From: Chloroflexia bacterium
GTDB taxonomy: Bacteria; Chloroflexota; Chloroflexia; QHBQ01; JADMIH01
Direction: 5' to 3'
NCBI GenBank assembly: GCA_036389075.1
Contig: DASVQO010000546.1
Coordinates: forward strand, 1 to 54,811
Length of the DNA stretch: 54,811 bases
The notes under the pieces were generated by a model. That model worked only from the letters and a program-made list of their open reading frames with translations. It searched no databases and had not been told where the DNA came from. A program made the position numbers and the translations under genes. Below, in pieces: positions 9,207 to 16,376 of this stretch (position 1 is its first letter; the number at the start of each line of letters is the position of its first letter).

Positions 9207-9333
9207 AAAGCCAAATATACCTGCCTCTATGCCCCCAAAGTACTACAACTTATGTCAGGTGCGCAGACCCTGGTGTGGTACCATTGACCCGGCGGTACAT
9301 TAACTTTGTCTACACACCGCCAGGAGCATACTT

Positions 9334-12300
9334 GTGTCTAAGAAAAGTACATCCTACCTCGTAGCGGGCCTGCTGGGCCTGCTGCTCCTCCTCGTTGCTA
9401 CCTGGACCACCGCCGCGAGGGCGGCCGCGCCCCCCAAGCAAGGGGTTAATACCCTGGCCCAACCCACTCAGGACACCTCTGTCCGCGCCGCCGCCACAAT
9501 AACCGGCTGCGACCTCATATGGCAGCAAGTTGCCAGCCGCAACACTGACGGGCTTGCAAGCGTGCTGCTCGATATCGATGCTATTGCCGGCAACGATATA
9601 TGGGCTGTCGGCAACAACCAGGAGGGCACGCATGCAAGTTTTGTTATCCAGCACTGGGACGGCACGCAGTGGGACTTCTCCGGGCAGGACGTAGCGAAAG
9701 GCATACCCGGTGAGCTCCAGGCCGTGGCCGCTGTAGCCTCCGACGATGTTTGGGCTGCCGGTACGCTCTACTACAGCGGTTATACTACCGGCAGCAATCA
9801 TGTCGCGCTTCTCCTCCATTGGGACGGAACTGAATGGAACACGGTGCAAGCCCCAATGCCCGCAGGCTCCAGTTCTTCCGGTATCCTCGACATTGTTGCC
9901 GCTGCTCCTGACAATATCTGGGCGGTGGGGTACGTGCATGTGAATAGGGTGCCTCAGGCGCTTACTCTGCACTGGAACGGCGTTGAATGGAGCGCGGTAC
10001 AGGTAGCCGGGGGCCAGAATACGATACTCAATGCCGTGTCCGTGAGAGCGCAAGACGATGTGTGGGCTGTGGGCATTAACTACCCCGGCGCACAGGCCAT
10101 CACCATGCACTGGGATGGGGTGAAATGGGCAACCGTGCCCGTACCAGGCATAGGTCTGTCGGGAAGCACGCTGGAAGGGGTCATCGCTCTAGCGCCGGAC
10201 GATGCCTGGGCGGTGGGCTCTCTCCGTACTTACTCGGGAAGCGGTGGCGGTTCAAAAGCCTGGATGCTTCATTGGGACGGCCAGGCATGGCATGATGCCA
10301 GCCCGACGCAAGAGGTTGTGTATGCCGGCCTGTCAGATGTAGTGGCGCTGTCGCCCAACAATATCTGGGCCGCGGGCTCAAATTCAGCCTATGCTCCTGA
10401 AGGCCCTGTCCTCATGCACTGGGACGGTACGGGCTGGACGCGGGTGCGGGAGCCTGACTTCAGCGATAAGAACGAAGGGATCTGGTCGCTTGCCGTCGTC
10501 TCGGCACGGGAGATATGGGGCGCCGGGTGGCTCACAACAGTGTCAACGGGCCAAAATGAAACCTTTGTGGTGCGTGGTATGCCCGGCGCTGCCTGCAATC
10601 TGCCCACACAGACCCCGCTGCCGGCCGCCACTCCCAGCAGCACCCCCGAGGCCGGCCCGTGCGCGCCGACCCTGCAACAGCTGGATAGCCCCAATAACCT
10701 GCCCCTGGAAAACATCTTCTATGACGTGGAGCCACTCGCTCACGACGATGTTTGGGCCGCTGGCCATGCGTTCTCCAGATATGGCATGGGCGGCGACAGA
10801 TCGCGAATCGAGCGGTTCGATGGCTCTCAGTGGAGCGTCCTGTACGAGTCCCCGCCGACATATTCTCGCACGGTGATCCACGCGATAGAGGTCCTGGCCC
10901 CCGATGATGTCTGGGCCGCAGGGGTCCGCGTTGGCGATAGGGGCTATCCCCTCATGCACTGGGATGGCCAAACCTGGAGCGAACACTCATACGCAAGCTG
11001 GATCGCCGGGGACGTGCTACACGCTTTATACGCCGTATCCACCAACGACATCTGGGCCGCGGGTGGGCGGGCCAACAAGGCACTAACCCTCCACTGGGAC
11101 GGCACTGCCTGGACTGAAGTGCCTGTGCCTGAGATTCCTGGCACCCTGCACAGCTACAACCCCTTATTTGGATTGTCCGGCACGGCTACCGATGATGTCT
11201 GGGCTGTCGGTGACATGTCAAGGGAGGACGTGAACAATACCTGGTACACAGACGTACTGATAGCTCACTGGGATGGCGACGCCTGGTCTGTAACTGGTCT
11301 GCCACCCGTCGAAGGTGAGGACCCTAAGTACGCCAGGTTGACCTCCGTATCCGCCCTGTCACGAGACGATGTGTGGGTCGCCGGGCTATACGACACTCAC
11401 TTTGGCGCGGTTAAGCCGATAATAATGCACTGGGACGGGCTGGCCTGGACCAGCCAGGCGGTGCCAAAGCCGCCATACGCGGACATGTCGTTGCTGTCGG
11501 ACGTGGCGGCGCTCGCCGAAGATGACGTATGGGCCGCAGGCACGTCTAACGGTGGCAAGTCTATCCAGGATGAGCAAGCATACGCTGTACATTGGGATGG
11601 AGCCGAATGGGAGCTACTCCCAACCCATAGACCTCAAAACGAGCAAAGCAACCTTAACTCGATAGCCGCAGTGAGAGGCGTGCCAGGTGAAATCTGGATG
11701 GTTGGGGACCGAGATACTGCTACCGCCCCTGAGACGCTGGCCCTACGCTTCAGCAGGTCCTGCGAGGCCGCGACTGCCACTCCCACTGCCAGCCCTAGTC
11801 CCCGCCCCACGCATACCAGCACCGCCACACGCACGCCAACTATCACAGCCACAGCCATGTCTACGTCTACAGCCACACCGGAGGATACAACCACAGCTAC
11901 AGCTTCAGCCAACGGCACCACCGGCACTCCCACCGCACCCACGAACACGGCCACGCCTGTGGTTACGCCCCTCGTCGAACAATCAACGGGTACCCCCACC
12001 ACGCCAACCGCTACCGCCACAACCGCCGCCACACACGCGGCTACGGCCACAACCACCGTGTGCGGTCTACAGTTCGCTGACCTGCCGCCTGGTAGCACCT
12101 TCCAGCCGTTCGCCCTCTGCCTCGCCTGCAAGGGTATCTTATCCGGCTACGACTGCGGCGGCCAGGGCGAGCCTTGCAACGAGCAGAATAGCCCCTACTT
12201 CAGGCCCGGCAAGCTGGTAACCAGGGGGCAAGTAGCCAAGATCGTCGCCAATGCCCTGGGCCTGGCGGGCGAACCAGGCGAGCAGCTATTCGAGGACGTG

Positions 12301-12714
12301 CCGCCCGGCTCCACCTTCTACAGCTACGTCAACCGGCTCGCGTCCCTCGGCGTCATGGGCGGCTACCCCTGCGGGACCGCGGGCGAGCCTTGCCACGAGG
12401 GTAACCTGCCCTACTTCCGCCCCGACGCCAACGCCACTCGCGGCCAGATAGCCAAGATCGTCTCCAATGCCGCAGGCTATGCAGAAGAGCACACCGGCCA
12501 GACCTTCGAGGACGTCCCCGGCACGCACACTTTCTACCTGCCGGTGGAACGGCTGGCCTCGCGGGCGGCCATGAGCGGCTACGACTGCAACGGCCCCGGC
12601 GAGCCGTGCGGCCCCGCCAACCTGCCCTACTTCCGCCCCAACGACAGCGCCATTCGCGGCCACGTCGCCAAGATCGTAGCCAACACCTTCTTCGAGGAGT
12701 GCGCCGCCCCTTGA
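9334..12714 (+). CDS. Secreted surface protein: two six-bladed HWDG beta-propeller-like modules, a P/T-rich linker and three SLH-like domains
   Basis: Has a signal peptide. There are 12 repeats of DD(V/I)WA(V/A)G...(L/M)HWDGxxW, interrupted after the sixth by a P/T linker. A PT-rich tract spans 11770-12057. Three C-terminal units of the form F.D(V/L)PPGSTF..Y(V/I)..LA..G..GY.CG..GEPC....YFRP....TRGQ.AKIV fit SLH with an insertion. Confidence 0.85.
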   Translation: MSKKSTSYLVAGLLGLLLLLVATWTTAARAAAPPKQGVNTLAQPTQDTSVRAAATITGCDLIWQQVASRNTDGLASVLLDIDAIAGNDIWAVGNNQEGTHASFVIQHWDGTQWDFSGQDVAKGIPGELQAVAAVASDDVWAAGTLYYSGYTTGSNHVALLLHWDGTEWNTVQAPMPAGSSSSGILDIVAAAPDNIWAVGYVHVNRVPQALTLHWNGVEWSAVQVAGGQNTILNAVSVRAQDDVWAVGINYPGAQAITMHWDGVKWATVPVPGIGLSGSTLEGVIALAPDDAWAVGSLRTYSGSGGGSKAWMLHWDGQAWHDASPTQEVVYAGLSDVVALSPNNIWAAGSNSAYAPEGPVLMHWDGTGWTRVREPDFSDKNEGIWSLAVVSAREIWGAGWLTTVSTGQNETFVVRGMPGAACNLPTQTPLPAATPSSTPEAGPCAPTLQQLDSPNNLPLENIFYDVEPLAHDDVWAAGHAFSRYGMGGDRSRIERFDGSQWSVLYESPPTYSRTVIHAIEVLAPDDVWAAGVRVGDRGYPLMHWDGQTWSEHSYASWIAGDVLHALYAVSTNDIWAAGGRANKALTLHWDGTAWTEVPVPEIPGTLHSYNPLFGLSGTATDDVWAVGDMSREDVNNTWYTDVLIAHWDGDAWSVTGLPPVEGEDPKYARLTSVSALSRDDVWVAGLYDTHFGAVKPIIMHWDGLAWTSQAVPKPPYADMSLLSDVAALAEDDVWAAGTSNGGKSIQDEQAYAVHWDGAEWELLPTHRPQNEQSNLNSIAAVRGVPGEIWMVGDRDTATAPETLALRFSRSCEAATATPTASPSPRPTHTSTATRTPTITATAMSTSTATPEDTTTATASANGTTGTPTAPTNTATPVVTPLVEQSTGTPTTPTATATTAATHAATATTTVCGLQFADLPPGSTFQPFALCLACKGILSGYDCGGQGEPCNEQNSPYFRPGKLVTRGQVAKIVANALGLAGEPGEQLFEDVPPGSTFYSYVNRLASLGVMGGYPCGTAGEPCHEGNLPYFRPDANATRGQIAKIVSNAAGYAEEHTGQTFEDVPGTHTFYLPVERLASRAAMSGYDCNGPGEPCGPANLPYFRPNDSAIRGHVAKIVANTFFEECAAP

Positions 12715-12745
12715 CCTACAATCCAACATCCCAGCACCGGTGGCA

Positions 12746-12973
12746 GGGTAACTAAACGCCAAGACGCCAAGACGCCAAGGACCACGCCAAGATAGTTATT
12801 GTTTTTTCACCGCAGAGACACAGAGAGCGCAGAGGACGCGCTGAGAATAATATGGTCTGCTAAGCAAAAAGGGCCAGTGTACGACGTGTGTACACTGGCC
12901 CTCTTGTACTCTCAAAACCTTCATTAACTTGGCGTGGTCCTTGGCGTCTTGGCGTCTTGGCGTTTAGTTACCC
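12746..12973. repeat. ACGCCAAG-octamer inverted-repeat element, copy 2 (near-perfect arms of about 46 bp)
   Basis: gggtaactaa(acgccaag)x3 gaccacgccaag (12746-12791) is the reverse complement of cttggcgtggtccttggcgtcttggcgtcttggcgtttagttaccc (12929-12973). Confidence 0.85.
12871..12901. terminator. Bidirectional terminator hairpin inside repeat copy 2, between convergent genes
   Basis: gggccagtgtac-gacgtgt-gtacactggccc forms a 12-bp stem. It is flanked by aaaaa upstream and tcttgt downstream. Confidence 0.7.
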
Positions 12974-12979
12974 CGCCCC

Positions 12980-14095
12980 TTACGGTTGCTGGTCGGGCCA
13001 GAGTACGTCGAAGCTGACTTCGTAGCGGCCTCCTGTGGAGACGCCGAGGGCGCGGTATGCCTCTTCTCCCAGGTCGATCACGATGCCCTTCTCGCGCACG
13101 TAGGGTATGTCGGGCCAGTTCATCACGTCGATGAACTGCACGAATATAGAGCGGTTGCCCCTCGTGACCCTGGCCCACCTGCCGTAGAGGTGCAGGTCGG
13201 CAGGAGCGGCGGCGTACAGGCCGCGCCCCACGAAATCGTCGGGCAGGTTGCCCCAGCCCTTGTTGAGGCTAATCACGCGCTCCCAGTTGGCCTTGAACCA
13301 TGTCGCCTGCCCTCGGAAGGTCATCTCGAAGCCGGGCCGTGCAAGGGGCCGTGCCCACTCCGCGTCGAACCCTGCCGCTTTGTGCTTCTCCAGCAACTCG
13401 GCACCCACGCGGCCAAGCTGCACCCTGCCCTGCTGCGCAAGCTCGAACCGTGCCCGCTCGAAGTACTGCACCGTCCTGCCGTTCTCCACCAGCTCCTCCG
13501 AGATAGGCTGGCCGAAGATGGGCGTGCCGCCGCTGGCCTCCCAGAACTGCTTGAACGCCCCGCCCAGGTTGTGCCCGGTACCCTCGAAATAGCTGGCGCC
13601 ATTCTTCGGCGTGGCCCTGGCGAACTCCCGGCCGCTAGCCAGTTCGCTGCCCGCGAGCGACAGGTCCACCTTCCAGGGGCGATTGCTGGCCGGGTTGTAC
13701 TCGAACCGCGCGCGCTCGAAGTACTGCACCGTCTTGCCGCCGTAGTCCTTCTCCTCGGTGATGGGGTAGCCGTAAAGGGCGGTGCCGCCGTTCATCAGCC
13801 AGTAGTTGAGGAAGGCGTCTCGAACGTAGTGCCCGGTCTGCCTGAAGTAGACCAGGTTGAACGTACGTGTAGCCACGGGGGCGGCTTCGGCCACGTTGGC
13901 ATCGAAAGCCGCGATGGGCGCGGGGAGCGAGTGGTCGGTAGCCAGGTACCCACGTACCGGCTGCTGGGACGACCCCGGCACGATGGATGCAGGCGTGAAG
14001 CAGGCCGCGAGGGCGGCGGCCAAAAGCGAGAAGGCAAGACACGCGCGTCTGGCTCTTGCTGCTATCAAAAAGGGGTTTCCTCCGGTCGGGCACAA
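12980..14095 (-). CDS. Secreted or lipoprotein with two VQYFERARFE (LGFP-like) repeats and a C-terminal RlpA/DPBB-like domain
   Basis: Signal/lipobox-like LLAAALAAC. Two ~70-aa repeats (TGH..F..(Y/F)W...GG....G(Y/Q)PI(T/S)EE....G(K/R)TVQYFERARFE). The C-terminus YGRWARVTRGNRSIFVQFIDV...GIVIDLGEEAYRALG resembles the double-psi beta-barrel of RlpA/expansin-like proteins. The antisense ORF 12986..14098 was rejected. Confidence 0.75.
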   Translation of the reverse strand: MCPTGGNPFLIAARARRACLAFSLLAAALAACFTPASIVPGSSQQPVRGYLATDHSLPAPIAAFDANVAEAAPVATRTFNLVYFRQTGHYVRDAFLNYWLMNGGTALYGYPITEEKDYGGKTVQYFERARFEYNPASNRPWKVDLSLAGSELASGREFARATPKNGASYFEGTGHNLGGAFKQFWEASGGTPIFGQPISEELVENGRTVQYFERARFELAQQGRVQLGRVGAELLEKHKAAGFDAEWARPLARPGFEMTFRGQATWFKANWERVISLNKGWGNLPDDFVGRGLYAAAPADLHLYGRWARVTRGNRSIFVQFIDVMNWPDIPYVREKGIVIDLGEEAYRALGVSTGGRYEVSFDVLWPDQQP

Positions 14096-14330
14096 TAAGG
14101 TACGTCACGCATGCACGCCGGCAAGGCCGTTGCACACATGTCGCGGTCTGTTGCGGATTTTAGCCCACGCCTGAGCGGCTTGTCAATAGACAAAGCAACT
14201 TTATAGAGCTTGTAGCTGCCCGCCCGCGAAAGAATACGTAAAACACATTATGAAAAGTGCCCACTCGTGCCACGCTGCCACGCGCCACACTATCCCGTGC
14301 TCCGTGTACCTCTCTGCCCGACATCGAAAA

Positions 14331-14497
14331 CCAAGCCCCATCTTTGTCATTCTGAGCGCAGCAAAGAATCTCGTCCTCCACCGTGATGTTCCCCTTTTCT
14401 TGTGGTAGACAGCTACCCTGCCCAGGAGAAAGGCGCCGCTTGGGTGCTGGAGGACGAGATTCTTTGCTGCGCTCAGAATGACAAAGGCGGGGCCTGG
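14331..14497. mobile_element. MITE-like element, subfamily 1 (GTCATTCTGAGCGCAGC type), copy A
   Basis: Terminal inverted repeats of about 50 bp: ccaagccccatctttgtcattctgagcgcagcaaagaatctcgtcctcca (14331-14380) against its near-perfect reverse complement (14448-14497). The core resembles copy B. Confidence 0.75.
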
Positions 14498-14628
14498 TAC
14501 TGCAACCTGGAGCAGAGCGACTACACGGGGCACCACAGCGCATGCTGCTACTCACATCCAAACCATAATCTTCTTTGCGCGTCCTTTGCGTCCTTTGCGC
14601 CTTTGCGTTTTCGTCTCTTCCCACTACC

Positions 14629-15549
14629 CTATTTGCCCCCATGCTTGACTATGGACAGCCTGGGCGCGCTCGCCTGCCTGGGAGAAGCCGCCAGGGAAGC
14701 GAAGCCGTAATCGAGCAGGGCCGTGCTGTCCTCCACCCACTTGGGAGCGTTGAGCACCACGGCGATCACTCGCTTGCCGTTGCGCGTGGCCGAGGAGACT
14801 AAGCACAGGCCCGCCCGCCCCGTATAGCCGGTCTTTACGCCGTCCGCGCCCGGGTACTCCTCCAGCATCTTGTTGAGGTTCTTCAGCGTGTGTCCGGGGG
14901 CCTCGTAGTTGGGCTGGCGCACGATCTGGTTGAACAGGTCGTAGTGCATGGCGTGCCAGGTCAGGCTCGCCAGGTCGTACGCGGACGAATAGTGGCCCTT
15001 GCCGTCCAGCCCGTGGGGGTTGACGAAGTGCGTGTCCCGCAAGCCAAGCTCCGCCGCGCGTGCGTTCATCATGCTGGCGAAGCGGTTGACCGGCTCCTTG
15101 CCCGCGGCCCACGACCCTGCTTTGGCGTCCAGGTAGCGGGCTATCGTCATGGCTGCGTCGTTACCCGAGGGCAGCATCAAGCCGTACAGCAGGTTGCGTA
15201 GCGTCTGCCGCTCGCCGCCCCGTAGGCCCATCTTGCTGCCACGCACTATATCCTTTGCCGAAACGGTTACTTCCTCGTCCAGCCTGCCGTACTCCAGCGC
15301 CATGATGGCGGTCAACAGCTTGGTGGTGCTGGCGGGGGCCAGGCGGGCGTGCGAGTTTTTCTGGTAGAGGATGCGCCCCGACGGGTACTCCACCACGATG
15401 GCGGAGCGGGCAGTAATCTCCGGCGGCTGGGGCCCGCTCTGCCGCAGGGAGGCCGCTTGCGAACCCCCGAACGGCCACAAAGACACAAAGAGGACCAGCC
15501 CGCTCAATAGGCGAAGGCCCAGACGAAAGCTATAACCGCGCATGACCAA
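14629..15549 (-). CDS. D-alanyl-D-alanine carboxypeptidase (S11 serine peptidase, PBP5/6-like)
   Basis: Has a signal peptide. SxxK motif is PASTTKLLTA. SGN motif is LPSGNDAA. KTG motif is GVKTGYT. Confidence 0.9.
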   Translation of the reverse strand: MVMRGYSFRLGLRLLSGLVLFVSLWPFGGSQAASLRQSGPQPPEITARSAIVVEYPSGRILYQKNSHARLAPASTTKLLTAIMALEYGRLDEEVTVSAKDIVRGSKMGLRGGERQTLRNLLYGLMLPSGNDAAMTIARYLDAKAGSWAAGKEPVNRFASMMNARAAELGLRDTHFVNPHGLDGKGHYSSAYDLASLTWHAMHYDLFNQIVRQPNYEAPGHTLKNLNKMLEEYPGADGVKTGYTGRAGLCLVSSATRNGKRVIAVVLNAPKWVEDSTALLDYGFASLAASPRQASAPRLSIVKHGGK

Positions 15550-15716
15550 CTTCCCTTCTGCAAGACGACCGCGTGCTACAAAGCAAGGGAACGAGACTCT
15601 TATCCGCGACTAAACTATACCAGAAGTCACCGTCCGCTCTGAAGGGAACACCCGCGACATTGGCGACGTTCTTACCGGAATTACGTAATAAGAAGTAGAA
15701 ACCCCGGCTTACGACC

Positions 15717-16130
15717 TTATACGCGGCCCCTGCCGGACCGCACCTCACTGGAGGACCGGAAGCGCCCCGCCGACCACGTATCGTCTATAGACACGTGCGC
15801 GATGTTCTCCCAACCCGCCCCCGTGAGGCTGTCCCAGCCTACGTCCCGGTTGATGTCCGTCTTGACTTTAGAGAGCTTCTTCGGATACGCGAACCAGAGC
15901 ATCCCGCCCGGCCGCACGGCCTCCAAAGCCCGGCGAGCGCAGCCATCTATGTCCTCCTTGCTGCGCACGAACACCTGCACCACCTCGAACGTCCCTCCTC
16001 CCGACGTGGCTACCCCCACCCCCTCCGGCAGCGGGCCGAGCGCCTGTAGATAGCCGTCCGGAGCGTTCAAAACCAGCACTTTGTGTCCCGGCTTGATTCC
16101 AAGCTTCTTTGCCAAAGGAGCCTCCGCCAT
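15717..16130 (-). CDS. DUF3052-like protein
   Basis: PLAKKLGIKPGHKVLVLNAPDGY...LPEGV...GGMLWFAYPKK...TDINRD...IDDTWSAGRFR matches the DUF3052 pattern as I recall it. Confidence 0.65.
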   Translation of the reverse strand: MAEAPLAKKLGIKPGHKVLVLNAPDGYLQALGPLPEGVGVATSGGGTFEVVQVFVRSKEDIDGCARRALEAVRPGGMLWFAYPKKLSKVKTDINRDVGWDSLTGAGWENIAHVSIDDTWSAGRFRSSSEVRSGRGRV

Positions 16131-16213
16131 ACTAACCCTCCACCTTTAGAGCAGCATACGTTCGCGCCTTCGATTGTAGCAGTTGCGGGCACCAGGCGCC
16201 AATTCTACCCTCG

Positions 16214-16260
16214 AAAAGTAAAGTTCCCACTTAAGGAATACTCATGGGAACTTTACTTTT
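16214..16260. repeat. Perfect 16-bp inverted repeat (terminator-shaped) in a divergent intergenic region
   Basis: aaaagtaaagttccca (16214-16229), a 15-nt loop, then tgggaactttactttt (16245-16260). Confidence 0.8.
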
Positions 16261-16376
16261 GGTTCGCGAAACAGGTCTCACGCGGGCACAGGCAGGTACC
16301 ATTCTTGCAACGTGCCAGGTAGCTTCTGGTAAAATGAGGCATGAGGCATCGCGTCCCAAAGAAAGGAACCTTCAAT

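Noticed and set aside
14160-14642. ORFs crossing MITE-like elements (14160..14642, 14201..14536, 14402..14710, 18679..18921, 18756..18992, 35124..35375, 35197..35517, 20213..20416).
   Set aside because: They are created by translating terminal inverted repeats, which yields peptides such as VILSAAKNL and HFERSEKSRPSP. The same DNA recurs as a palindromic non-coding repeat, so these are not protein-coding.
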